The translations under genes were made by a program, and so were the position numbers. Shown one piece after another: positions 8,963 through 19,312 of a stretch of DNA of 64,000 nucleotides. The stretch comes from a virus. The stretch lies in the IMG/VR virus record IMGVR_UViG_3300043823_000198, positions 64,001 through 128,000 of that record; one strand, written 5' to 3'. Position 1 is the first letter of the stretch; each line of letters starts with the position of its first letter. The notes beneath the pieces were generated by a model. The model was not told the DNA's origin, ran no database searches, and saw only the letters and a list, made by a program, of their open reading frames with translations.

Positions 8963-11536
8963 ATGGCAACGCCACTATTATTAAAACGATCATCCGTTCA
9001 AGGAAAAGTCCCAGCAACAACTTCGCTTCAGTTGGGTGAACTTGCACTTAACACGTATGATGGTAATATTTTCTTTAAGAAATCTCCAAATGGAACAGAC
9101 TCTTTAATTACTGTTTCAACAAACAATAATCTACTTTCTTACATTGTTGTAACATCAAATACAACAGCAGTCGCCAGACAATCCTATATTGCGAATACAT
9201 CTGCAGGTAATTTTACAATTACATTGCCAGCTACACCCAACTCTGGTGATTGGGTAGTTGTTGCTGATGGTGCAAATTTTAGCACAACTCCAGTAACAAT
9301 CGGAGCGAATGGTCAATCTATTGACGGTATCTCTCAAAACTTAAATCTAGACATCGCTGGTGTTTCAGTTACATTGACTTTCAACGGAACAACTTGGTTA
9401 GTATATACTCAGGTTGGCGCCAACGGTGGAGTTGCTAGTGGAGGTGGTTCTGGATCAACATCTTGGACAAGCATAACAGGTAAACCTACATTCGCAACTG
9501 TTGCCACTAGCGGTAGTTATACTGATTTAATAAATCAACCAACTCTGGCACCTTCAGCTACTACTGATACAACAAATGCTTCTAATATTACAAGCGGAAC
9601 ATTGCCAAACGCTCGTCTGAGTTCAGTTCCTAATTCTGCTCTTGCTAATAGTTCTGTTACTATTGGCACAACTACTATCGCATTAGGCGCTTCCAGCACT
9701 ACTCTTACTGGTTTAACATCAGTAACTTCTACATCTTTCGTTGGCGCTTTAACTGGTAATGCGTCAACAGTAACTAATGGTGTTTATACTACTGATACTG
9801 GCACAGTAACCAACACTATGCTTGCTGGTTCAATCGCTAATGCTAAATTAGCAAACAGCACAATTTCTGGTGTTTCTCTTGGTTCAAACTTAAATACATT
9901 GACGTTTGGAACTGGGTTAACAGGAACATCGTATAATGGATCAAGTGCAGTTACTATTGCTCTTGACACAACTGCAGTTAAAAACCTATTCAGCGTTACA
10001 TCTAACTCTGCTGGCACAGAGGCTCTATCATATAGTGGTGGTGTGTTTACATTCACCCCATACGCATTACCAACAGCAACAACATCAACACTTGGTGGTG
10101 TAACTGTTGATGGATCTACTATTACTATCTCTGGAAGCACAATTAGTGCAACATCTTTCCAACCTAATGGTGTATATAATATTACATCATCGGGTGGAAC
10201 AACAACGCTTACTGCTTCCACTGCAACTAACGTAACAGTTACTGGTTCTGCAACGCAAACTATTAAGATGCCAGATGCAACTACGCTAAAGGCTGGTTGG
10301 ATATTCCGTATTAACAATAACACATCATCTGCATCAAGTTTAAATCTACAAGATAGCACTGGGGCTCAAATTGGAACAGTACCTCAGGGTGGTGATTCTC
10401 AGGTAATTCTGTTAACCAATTCCACTGCCGCTGGAACATGGGACGTGCATGGTTGGATTCCGTCCAACATATTAATGGGCTCAAGTATACTACAACTTGG
10501 ATCAAGTAGTTATAGTATCGGTCCATATAATTCATCATTAACCATTGGCTCGGCAAGTTCAGTATCAACAACATATAACTTTGGTACTGGGGCTACTACT
10601 AGCGGAAACACTAAAGCGATTAACATCGGCACAGCTGGTGTTAGTGGCTCAACTACTACAATTACATTGGGCAGCAACGTAAGTGGCGCTACTTCTTCTA
10701 CGGTTGTTAACGGATCGCTTTCCGTAACAACAAGCGGATCAACTGGTTCAATAACAGTTACTGATACTGGAACAAACGGTGGCAATATTGCATTAGTTGG
10801 CAACGGTTCAACTACTCCCAACAAATATCTTCGTTCTTACAATGGTAGCTTTGGAATTGTTAACAGTGGATATACAGCAAGCATAATTAACATTTCTGAT
10901 GCTGGTATGATTTCAACAGGTGGTGCATCCACCGCAAGTAATAATATACCAACTGGTAATGCGATTTCGTTGAATAGTAATGGTTACATCAGTGATGACG
11001 GTAACCTTCACATTACAAGTAGTAGTGGTTCTATTTGGATTAATCCAGTGGATAGTTCCGCAGTTCGCATTGGAACACAATACAATAGCGGATCTGGCGC
11101 AGGTTTAGTTGTTCAGGGTGGTATCACATCTAATACAACAGATCCATCGCAGGGAACTTACTTTACCAAAGTTCAAACCAATTGGAACGTTAATCAACCA
11201 TCACTGGCTATGGATAACTTAAACGTGAGGTTGAATAATAGTAGTGGGAATAACTTATTGATACAGGCCAGTGCAGTCAGTGGATCATTTACTGCTTATA
11301 TAACTACTTTTGAAAGCTGTGCAGGAAATCCACTTACTAGCCAAACCAACTCTGGTGGTATTACATTTACAGCAGGAACTTGGACCAGCATCAATGCCGT
11401 TCACACATTAAGTTCTGGTGGTGATGTTATCTTTTTCTTTCTTTCTGATACTACATCTGGTAAAATATATCGTGTTACTTGTTTACACACCAATGGCGCA
11501 ACCAATGGATCTATCTTTATTGAGCGTATGGTGTAA
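8963..11536 (+). CDS. Tail fibre protein (857 aa)
   Basis: LLKRSS...LGELALNTYDG N-terminus, WTSITGKPTFATVATSGSYTDL, LANS repeats; CTAAATA late-like box at 8945. Confidence 0.78.
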   Translation: MATPLLLKRSSVQGKVPATTSLQLGELALNTYDGNIFFKKSPNGTDSLITVSTNNNLLSYIVVTSNTTAVARQSYIANTSAGNFTITLPATPNSGDWVVVADGANFSTTPVTIGANGQSIDGISQNLNLDIAGVSVTLTFNGTTWLVYTQVGANGGVASGGGSGSTSWTSITGKPTFATVATSGSYTDLINQPTLAPSATTDTTNASNITSGTLPNARLSSVPNSALANSSVTIGTTTIALGASSTTLTGLTSVTSTSFVGALTGNASTVTNGVYTTDTGTVTNTMLAGSIANAKLANSTISGVSLGSNLNTLTFGTGLTGTSYNGSSAVTIALDTTAVKNLFSVTSNSAGTEALSYSGGVFTFTPYALPTATTSTLGGVTVDGSTITISGSTISATSFQPNGVYNITSSGGTTTLTASTATNVTVTGSATQTIKMPDATTLKAGWIFRINNNTSSASSLNLQDSTGAQIGTVPQGGDSQVILLTNSTAAGTWDVHGWIPSNILMGSSILQLGSSSYSIGPYNSSLTIGSASSVSTTYNFGTGATTSGNTKAINIGTAGVSGSTTTITLGSNVSGATSSTVVNGSLSVTTSGSTGSITVTDTGTNGGNIALVGNGSTTPNKYLRSYNGSFGIVNSGYTASIINISDAGMISTGGASTASNNIPTGNAISLNSNGYISDDGNLHITSSSGSIWINPVDSSAVRIGTQYNSGSGAGLVVQGGITSNTTDPSQGTYFTKVQTNWNVNQPSLAMDNLNVRLNNSSGNNLLIQASAVSGSFTAYITTFESCAGNPLTSQTNSGGITFTAGTWTSINAVHTLSSGGDVIFFFLSDTTSGKIYRVTCLHTNGATNGSIFIERMV

Positions 11537-11538
11537 TA

Positions 11539-12129
11539 ATGTCTAATACTCTATTATCCAACATTGTTGCTCCTAGTTCTATTGTTCAACTAACAGCAGC
11601 ACAAACTCTTACAAATAAAACTCTTACCAGCCCTACGATTAACAGTGGTACTGAAAATAATTTAACTCTCACTGGAAGTCTTACTGCTGGTGGTAGCACT
11701 GGAACCGCTGGGCAATTTTTACAAACAACAGGAACTGGCACCACTTGGGGATACCCAACGACATTCGGTTCTGGTACAAGTACTTTACAATTTGGAACAG
11801 ACAGTAGCGGTAATCCAACTCTAGTATTTACTCTTGCTAATAGTGTAATTGCCACAATGACAGTTAATGGTCTGACGATGTCTCAGCCTATTAACATGAG
11901 TAACAATACAATTTCTGCTCTTGGCAATCCAGTTCTTTCAACTGATGCAGCCACTAAGGGATATGCCGATGGCGCTGCCACGGCAAGCCAATATCCTAGT
12001 GGGGATTATGGTGGGTTCTCTGCTACAACAGAAGATGCTTTTGGTGTAAGTTTGACACCGATTATTCAATACGATAACATGTCGCCATCTGGGACTCTAC
12101 TTGCAGTAGATTTTGGCGTATTAACATAA
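11539..12129 (+). CDS. Short fibre/virion protein
   Basis: TLTNKT, GTAGQFLQTTGTG, DAATKGYAD fibre motifs. Confidence 0.65.
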   Translation: MSNTLLSNIVAPSSIVQLTAAQTLTNKTLTSPTINSGTENNLTLTGSLTAGGSTGTAGQFLQTTGTGTTWGYPTTFGSGTSTLQFGTDSSGNPTLVFTLANSVIATMTVNGLTMSQPINMSNNTISALGNPVLSTDAATKGYADGAATASQYPSGDYGGFSATTEDAFGVSLTPIIQYDNMSPSGTLLAVDFGVLT

Positions 12130-12141
12130 TAAGGAATAGAA

Positions 12142-14895
12142 ATGCCAACACAAGTACAGTTACGAAGAGGTACGGCTTCTCAAAATAATGCGTTTACTGG
12201 CGCACAGGGTGAACAAACAGTAGATACAGATAATTATATCATTCGTCTACACGACGGTAGTACTCCTGGTGGTCATCAGGTTGCGATGGCAACAGCGACA
12301 CAAACCCTTACCAATAAGACGCTAACAACACCAACTGTTACATCTCCAGTAGTTTCTGGTGGTACAATTGATAATGCTGTTATTGGTGGAACAACACCAG
12401 CAGCTGGTACATTCACAACAATTACATCTACTGGACTTACAACTGTTAACTCGTTGTTGGTTCAAAACCAAATTCAAATCGGTGCGACTCAAATTACTGG
12501 TTCGTTGATTCTTTCTCCAAATTATATGTTGTCAGGTGGATCATCCACTGTAACGTCACCAACCACACAGAACGTAGGATGGAACTACGCATGGGGTTAT
12601 AATATTACAAATTATGTATATGAATTTACTGGTAATGGTTCAACTACTGTAACTGTAACATTAACTGGTTCTGGTGTAACAAATTCCTCTCTTGGTATCA
12701 CTGTTGGACAAATTATTAACTTCACTGGAACTGGTGTAACTAATTTAGATGGTACTTGGACAGTTAATAATGCAACTGCAGGAGCCACATCCTTTGCTGT
12801 AACAACCAACTCTGCTGTTGCTCCTGGTGTATATGTGCAACCTGTTAATTTGGTGGCAACTCTTAGTAAGAAGGGTTGGTTTGGTGTTGGGTCTGATAGA
12901 ATTTTCTCAGTAATACCAGATGCTTCTGGCTTCACAAATCAAATTTTAAGTGGACAATTAGGCGACGCTCGTTTCGGTAATTTAGCATTAAATGGAAGTT
13001 ACAGTGGACCAGTTACACTATCAACGACAGCAACTACTGCTAACGTATTTAATACTGGAGCAACAACAGTAAATGCATTCGGTGCTGCCACTGTATTATC
13101 TCTTGGCGCAACTACTGGTACAACAACAATAAACAACCCAACTGTTCTTGGTTCACAAACTACTCAGAACCTTTGGAATACTGTTGCGACTACTATTAAC
13201 TTTGCTGGTGCTGCAACTACTCTTTCTGTTGGTGCTTCTACTGGTACAACTACCGTTAATAATAACTTATCAGTATCTGGAACTTCTTCTCATACTGGTA
13301 ATGCAACGTTCAGTGGAACACTTGGTGTTACTGGTGCGACTACTCTAAGTTCTACTTTAGGTGTTACTGGTCAAACAACTTTATCAAGTAACCTAGCAGT
13401 AAATGGTGGCAGTATTACTACCACAGCAACTACTGCGAATTTGATTAACAGTACAGCAACTACTCTTAACATTGGTGGCGCTGCGACTTCCATCAATATG
13501 GGCGCATCTACTGGTACAACTACTGTTAATAATGCGCTGTATACACTTAGCACATTATATGTCGGTTCTGGTTCTACAACAACAGCATTAACAAGCCCAA
13601 TTAGTATTTTCCGTGGTACAAGTTCAACTGGTGCTGGTAATCAGTATACACAATCTGCTCTATTGAACGGAACATCAACTGGTTCTACTGACTTTATTGC
13701 TTATGGCGATAACTATCCAGGTCCAAGTAACGACCATGGCTGGGTTGATGTGGGTTATACTGGTTCAGCGTTCAATGACCCAGACTTTACAATTACAGGT
13801 AAGAACGATGGTTATTTGTTTGCTGGTGCGGTGTCTGGCGCTTCTGGCGCAACAGGTAACTTAGTTCTAGCAACAGACTCTACTGGTAGTACTGCCGATA
13901 TCGTATTGGCCACTGGTGGTTTCTTATCGTCGAACGAAAAACTACGTTTAGTAAACTCAACTGGTGAACTTAAATTCAAGACACCAACATTAACATCTTC
14001 TGGCGCAACTACTGCAAACGTATTCAATGCAGTTGTTACGACTCTAAACATTGGTGGCGCTGCCACTACTATTGGTATCGGTGCTTCTACTGGTACAACT
14101 ACTGTTAACAATAACTTAACTGTTACTGGTAACTTAACTGTTAACGGAACAACTACCACTGTTAACCAAACAACTACTAATACGTCGTTTGTTGCCACAC
14201 AAGGTCTTGAGATTTCTGGATCCTATACTGGTTCTTATTCTGATGGTCTATTGTTAGATTATTCATCAGGAAATGGTCGTATTACTGTTGGTGGTGGTGA
14301 TGGTCTAACAATCTATAACAATGGCGATACAACTCGTCAGGCTCTATTAACAATTGACCAATACGGTAATACTACTCAACTTGGTGGAACAATTGTTTCT
14401 GGCGCAACTACTGCAAACGTATTTAACACTACATCAACTACTGTTAATGCGTTCGGTGCGGCAACTACGTTAAATATTGGTGCTTCTACTGGTACAACTA
14501 CTGTTAACAATAACTTAACTCTTGGTTCCAACACTTTAACTGTATCAACAATTACTGATAGTATCCGTAAGAAACAAACATTTACGTTAACAACTTCTGG
14601 AACATCACCAATCTCTATGTATACTTGGTCGATTGGCGCATATCGTTCTGGCGAACTTTTAATGTCTGTAACTAACGGAACTGTTTATGAAATTCTACGA
14701 TTAATGATTGTTCATGATGGAACAAACGTATATCTATCACAGAACTATGATGCAACAAACCAAGTTCAATCTTCGCAATCTGCCTCTAACGTGGCATTTA
14801 CATCAAGCATTACTGGTGGCATATTGACTGTTTACGCAGCATGCGCCAGTGGCACTGCTACAATCAAGGGCGAAGCAACTATTTTCGCTATCTAA
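12142..14895 (+). CDS. Tail fibre protein with Mtd_N-like N-terminus (917 aa)
   Basis: MPTQVQLRRGT...FTGAQGE..VDTD....RLHDGSTPGG N-terminus; multiple ANVFNT.ATTVNAFGAATTLNIGASTGTTTVNNNL repeats; C-terminal YRSGE...HDGTNVYL domain. Confidence 0.8.
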   Translation: MPTQVQLRRGTASQNNAFTGAQGEQTVDTDNYIIRLHDGSTPGGHQVAMATATQTLTNKTLTTPTVTSPVVSGGTIDNAVIGGTTPAAGTFTTITSTGLTTVNSLLVQNQIQIGATQITGSLILSPNYMLSGGSSTVTSPTTQNVGWNYAWGYNITNYVYEFTGNGSTTVTVTLTGSGVTNSSLGITVGQIINFTGTGVTNLDGTWTVNNATAGATSFAVTTNSAVAPGVYVQPVNLVATLSKKGWFGVGSDRIFSVIPDASGFTNQILSGQLGDARFGNLALNGSYSGPVTLSTTATTANVFNTGATTVNAFGAATVLSLGATTGTTTINNPTVLGSQTTQNLWNTVATTINFAGAATTLSVGASTGTTTVNNNLSVSGTSSHTGNATFSGTLGVTGATTLSSTLGVTGQTTLSSNLAVNGGSITTTATTANLINSTATTLNIGGAATSINMGASTGTTTVNNALYTLSTLYVGSGSTTTALTSPISIFRGTSSTGAGNQYTQSALLNGTSTGSTDFIAYGDNYPGPSNDHGWVDVGYTGSAFNDPDFTITGKNDGYLFAGAVSGASGATGNLVLATDSTGSTADIVLATGGFLSSNEKLRLVNSTGELKFKTPTLTSSGATTANVFNAVVTTLNIGGAATTIGIGASTGTTTVNNNLTVTGNLTVNGTTTTVNQTTTNTSFVATQGLEISGSYTGSYSDGLLLDYSSGNGRITVGGGDGLTIYNNGDTTRQALLTIDQYGNTTQLGGTIVSGATTANVFNTTSTTVNAFGAATTLNIGASTGTTTVNNNLTLGSNTLTVSTITDSIRKKQTFTLTTSGTSPISMYTWSIGAYRSGELLMSVTNGTVYEILRLMIVHDGTNVYLSQNYDATNQVQSSQSASNVAFTSSITGGILTVYAACASGTATIKGEATIFAI

Positions 14896-14905
14896 GGATA
14901 ATTAA

Positions 14906-16003
14906 ATGGCCATTCCAACAACTAGAGAAGAATTTAAGTGGTATTGTCTTAGAACTCTTGGCGCACCTGTCATTGAGATTAACGTTGATGACGATCAAAT
15001 TGAAGATCGTATCGACGAGGTTCTAGACTACTGGCAACTATATCACTATGATGGCATTGAGCAATTATACATTGCTCAGGCTATTAGCGCATCATCAATG
15101 TTTCTTACTACAAATAATGCGCAGAATTTTAATGATAACGATACTATTACAGGATTAACTTCTGGTGCGCAGTGTACAGTAACTCAAGAAACTGTTAGAA
15201 CATCAAACGGTAATCTACTTCTTGTCAAGAATTTTACCAGTACAGTTAATGCTCCAACAGAAAATATTTACTATTCAAACCAAACATTTGATCCAACAAA
15301 ACCAGGTGTTACTTACGGTAGTACCTTGGCTCCATTTGGCGGATTTCTTCCAGGCGAAACTATCACAAACGCAATTCCAGGTCCAGGAGGTTTAACTCCT
15401 GCGAATCCTGTTACTGCTACATTAAATGCAACTACTCCTGTCTCTTACGGTCAATATGATAATCGCTATATAACTTTACCAGATAACATTTATGGTATCA
15501 AGAAAGTTTATAGCATTGGTCAGGCATCTTCTTCTAAGAATATTTTCGACCTTCAGTATCAGTTACGTTTGAATGACTTATATGATTTAACATCTACATC
15601 TATTGTTTATTATAACACTGTTATGAATCATCTAGATCTATTAGATTTTGAGTTGAATGGTCATGATCTTTATCGTTTTAATAGATTACAGAATCGTTTA
15701 TACTTAGATGTTAATTGGGCAACAGATTTAACATTTGGTCAATATGTTTTGATTGAAGGATACGGTATTATGGATCCAAATAATTGGTCAAATATATGGA
15801 ACGAAAACTGGTTGAAGCGTTATGGTGTCGCTGTTTTCAAACGTCAATGGGCAACTAATATCAAAAAATTCTCTGGTATACAACTTCCGGGCGGTGTAAC
15901 TTTAGATGGTGATAAATTATATGCTGAGGCGATCTCTGAAATTAAAGAATTGCAAGACGAATTGCAGAACAAATCTGCTCCATTAGATTTTATGATGGGA
16001 TAA
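14906..16003 (+). CDS. gp13: Neck protein gp13
   Basis: LRTLGAPVIEINVDDDQIEDRID, KRQWATNIKKFSGIQLPGGVTLDG; synteny. Confidence 0.92.
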   Translation: MAIPTTREEFKWYCLRTLGAPVIEINVDDDQIEDRIDEVLDYWQLYHYDGIEQLYIAQAISASSMFLTTNNAQNFNDNDTITGLTSGAQCTVTQETVRTSNGNLLLVKNFTSTVNAPTENIYYSNQTFDPTKPGVTYGSTLAPFGGFLPGETITNAIPGPGGLTPANPVTATLNATTPVSYGQYDNRYITLPDNIYGIKKVYSIGQASSSKNIFDLQYQLRLNDLYDLTSTSIVYYNTVMNHLDLLDFELNGHDLYRFNRLQNRLYLDVNWATDLTFGQYVLIEGYGIMDPNNWSNIWNENWLKRYGVAVFKRQWATNIKKFSGIQLPGGVTLDGDKLYAEAISEIKELQDELQNKSAPLDFMMG

Positions 16004-16004
16004 T

Positions 16005-16910
16005 ATGAGTACCGTAAACGTATACTTTACGCAAGGAACAAGTGGTGAGCAAGAACTCATCGAGGATATTATCATTGAATCATTAAAGATTTATGGTAAT
16101 GAGGTTTTTTACATTCCAAGAACACTCGTTTCTTTGGACAATGTGCTCGGCGAAGATCGTTTATCTCAATTTAAAACAGCATTCCCAATTGAAATGTATT
16201 TTGAAAATGTTGATTCATTTAGTGGACAGGGTGCATTTATTCAGAAGTTCGGTTTAACTATTGAACAATCAGCTACACTTGTTGTTTCTCGTAGACGTTG
16301 GCAACAGTTTATTGGTCGCTATAATGTAACCAATATCCCAACAAGACCAAACGAAGGCGATTTAATCTATTTCCCACTATCAGGTGGATTGTTTGAAATT
16401 AAATTCGTGCAACACCAAGACCCATTCTATCAATTGGGTAAATTGTACGTATACAAACTACAGATTGAATTGTTCCAATATTCTTCAGAGTTTATCGATA
16501 CTGGTGTTCCTGAGATCGATGCGTTTGAAACTCTTAAGACTTTCAATACAAATGTTACACGAAATGGTTTCGGTGGAGTTGCTGCCATTACATTAACTAA
16601 TGGCGGATCTAATTATTCAGCTACTCCTACTATTATAATAACAAGCCCAACTGGTATTAATGCAGCTGCAACAGCAACTGTTACTAATGGCGTTATTACT
16701 GCGATTAATGTAACAAACGCAGGAACTGGATACCAAACAGCTCCTGTTATAACAATCACAGACACCACTGGGACTGGTGCGCTTGCAACAGCAAGTGTTG
16801 GTATTGACGTTGATCAATCAGATGGTTTCGGAGAAAATACTACATTTAAATCAGCTGCATCGCCAGTTTTGAGTTTCAGTGAAACTAATCCGTTCGGAGA
16901 AATACAATAA
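16005..16910 (+). CDS. gp14: Neck protein gp14
   Basis: EQELIEDIIIESLKIYG, RPNEGDLIYFP, PFYQLGK, FSETNPFG; synteny. Confidence 0.92.
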   Translation: MSTVNVYFTQGTSGEQELIEDIIIESLKIYGNEVFYIPRTLVSLDNVLGEDRLSQFKTAFPIEMYFENVDSFSGQGAFIQKFGLTIEQSATLVVSRRRWQQFIGRYNVTNIPTRPNEGDLIYFPLSGGLFEIKFVQHQDPFYQLGKLYVYKLQIELFQYSSEFIDTGVPEIDAFETLKTFNTNVTRNGFGGVAAITLTNGGSNYSATPTIIITSPTGINAAATATVTNGVITAINVTNAGTGYQTAPVITITDTTGTGALATASVGIDVDQSDGFGENTTFKSAASPVLSFSETNPFGEIQ

Positions 16911-17656
16911 TGTTAAGCGGAAATGTTTACTATCATGGTTCTATAAGAAAAGCAATTGTAGCCTTTGGTCGCCTATTCAGCGATGTTTATATTGACCGCA
17001 GACAGGGCGACTCTGTCAACGGAACTGTTCTTGAACGTCTACAAATACCCATCACATATGCTCCAAAAGAGAAGTGGTTGGTGCGTATTGAACAACAACC
17101 AGATATTGAAAACAATGTCACAATGGTGTCATTACCAAGAATGTCGTTTGAGATAAATGGTTATCAATACGACTCTAATCGTAAACTTGGTAAGATGACT
17201 CAGATTAAAACATCTGGCACCACTACAACTCCAACAGTGTATACCCCAGTCCCTTACAATTTAGACCTTTCTTTGTATGTTATTACAAAAACTCAAGAAG
17301 ATGGTCTTCAAATTATTGAACAAATTCTTCCAACATTTACGCCAGAATACACACTTCAGGTTAACATGGTTCCTGAGATGGGTATTACTATGGACGTACC
17401 AATTATTTTAAATAGTGTACAGGTTGTTGATGAGTTTGATGGGAATTTCCAAGACAGAAGATATGTGACTCATACGCTAAATTTTGAAATGAAACTTAAT
17501 CTATATGGTCCAGTTAGTAATCAGGGTGTTATTACTCAGGTTAATGCTAATATTGGAGAAAACGAATCAACAGGAACGCAGACAATCTATACTGCCACTG
17601 GCGATGTTACTACAGCAACAGTAACATCGGAACAATGGACTGGTCAGGGGTTATAA
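16910..17656 (+). CDS. gp15: Tail sheath stabiliser/terminator gp15
   Basis: AFGRLF, PITYAPKEK, LPRMSFE, PVPYNL, QIIEQILPTF. Confidence 0.92.
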   Translation: MLSGNVYYHGSIRKAIVAFGRLFSDVYIDRRQGDSVNGTVLERLQIPITYAPKEKWLVRIEQQPDIENNVTMVSLPRMSFEINGYQYDSNRKLGKMTQIKTSGTTTTPTVYTPVPYNLDLSLYVITKTQEDGLQIIEQILPTFTPEYTLQVNMVPEMGITMDVPIILNSVQVVDEFDGNFQDRRYVTHTLNFEMKLNLYGPVSNQGVITQVNANIGENESTGTQTIYTATGDVTTATVTSEQWTGQGL

Positions 17657-19234
17657 TTGGCTGAAATTTATAATTCGAATTCGAACTTAAAATCTGCTGG
17701 CGTTTCGTTTAATTTTACACCAGAACAAGTACAAGAGTATGTTAAGTGCGCTCAGGATTACATATACTTTATTGAAAACTATTGCTACATCGTTACACTT
17801 GACCATGGTCTACAGTTGTTCAAATTGTATGACTGTCAGAAAAATAAACTAAATGTAATCCATAATAATCGTAGAGTTATTCTTATGGAAGGACGTCAGC
17901 AGGGTAAAACGACAACTTCCGCTGCGTATATTTTATGGTACACTCTTTTCCAAGAAAGTAAAACAGTTGCTATTCTTGCCAATAAGGCAACTGCTGCTCG
18001 CGAGGTTTTGGATCGTTATCAAACTATGTATGAACAGCTTCCATCTTGGATGCAGGCTGGTGTCACTGGTTGGAACAAGGGTGATATCGAACTAGAAAAT
18101 GGTTCAAAGGTATTTACTGCTGCCACTGGTAAATCTGGTATTCGTGGTAAATCTGTTAACATGCTTTATGTTGACGAGGCTGCGATTATCCCAAACAATG
18201 TTGCCGAAGAATTTTTCACTTCCGTTTATCCAACTATTTCTGCTGGTCAAACAACTAAGATTCTACTGTCTTCAACTCCACTTGGTTATAACCATTTCTG
18301 GAAATTTTGGACAGATGCCGAAACAGGAAGAAATGGTTTCGTTCCACTATTCATCCCTTACTGGGAAATTCCAGGACGCGACGATAAATGGGCTGCTGAA
18401 CAAAAGGCGATGCTTGGTGAACTTAAATATAACCAAGAGGTTGCATGTAAATTCCTTGGTTCTAGTTTAACATTAGTATCTGCCGATGTTATTGCAAGAA
18501 TGCCAATTGATATAAAAATCTACGAGAAAGATGGTCTTGATGTATATGCAAGACCACAGGCTAAACATACATACTGTATAATAGCTGACGTAGCGAAAGG
18601 TGTTGGTGGAGACTATTCCGCATTCCAAGTAATTGATATCACAGAAGTTCCATATAGAATAGTTGCTAAATACAGAAACAATGAGATTAGTCCACTTTTG
18701 TATCCTAATGTGTTATACAAAGTTGGTAAAGAATATAATGAAGCGTATCTCTTAATTGAGATTAACGCAAGCGAACAGGTTGCGCATATTATTTACAACG
18801 AATTAGAGTATGAGAATATTTTGTTTGTAAATAGACACAATCAGGGTCAATATGTTGGTGGGGGTTTCGGTGGGGGTAAAACTCAACTCGGAGTTAACAC
18901 TGATAAAAAAGTAAAACGAATTGGTTGTCACAATTTTAAATCCTTGGTGGAAGAGAATAAACTTCTAATTATGGACGCTGATACTATTTCAGAAATCTCA
19001 ACTTTTATTGAGAAAAAAGGATCTTACGAAGCGGATGAAGGATATCATGATGACTTAGTTATGCCGTTGGTCTTGTTTGGTTGGCTTACAACACAGCCAT
19101 ATTTTAAAGACCTAAATAACATAAACCTTAGAGAGATTATGTATCAGAAACAGATTCAAGCAATTGAAGATGAACTGACTCCTTTTGGATTTTATGACGA
19201 TGGAAAAGGTGATTCAGACCCATTAAACTTTTGA
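17657..19234 (+). CDS. gp17: Terminase large subunit gp17 (TTG start)
   Basis: GRQQGKTT Walker A, YVDEAA Walker B, STPLG, ADVAKGVGGDYS and HDDLVM nuclease motifs. Confidence 0.97.
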   Translation: MAEIYNSNSNLKSAGVSFNFTPEQVQEYVKCAQDYIYFIENYCYIVTLDHGLQLFKLYDCQKNKLNVIHNNRRVILMEGRQQGKTTTSAAYILWYTLFQESKTVAILANKATAAREVLDRYQTMYEQLPSWMQAGVTGWNKGDIELENGSKVFTAATGKSGIRGKSVNMLYVDEAAIIPNNVAEEFFTSVYPTISAGQTTKILLSSTPLGYNHFWKFWTDAETGRNGFVPLFIPYWEIPGRDDKWAAEQKAMLGELKYNQEVACKFLGSSLTLVSADVIARMPIDIKIYEKDGLDVYARPQAKHTYCIIADVAKGVGGDYSAFQVIDITEVPYRIVAKYRNNEISPLLYPNVLYKVGKEYNEAYLLIEINASEQVAHIIYNELEYENILFVNRHNQGQYVGGGFGGGKTQLGVNTDKKVKRIGCHNFKSLVEENKLLIMDADTISEISTFIEKKGSYEADEGYHDDLVMPLVLFGWLTTQPYFKDLNNINLREIMYQKQIQAIEDELTPFGFYDDGKGDSDPLNF

Positions 19235-19312
19235 GAAAACCAATAAAAACTAAATAAATGGTAGACACGAATTTCTGTCTAAAGTAAAACTTATTAAACA
19301 AGGAGAATTACA

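Noticed and set aside
6809-14198. Numerous minus-strand Val/Pro-rich ORFs
   Set aside because: Antisense shadows of Thr/Gly/Ser codon bias in fibre genes
12142-14895. Diversity-generating retroelement target (Mtd_N-like start)
   Set aside because: No reverse transcriptase or adenine-variant template repeat seen in window; Mtd_N-like domain is a generic fibre attachment module
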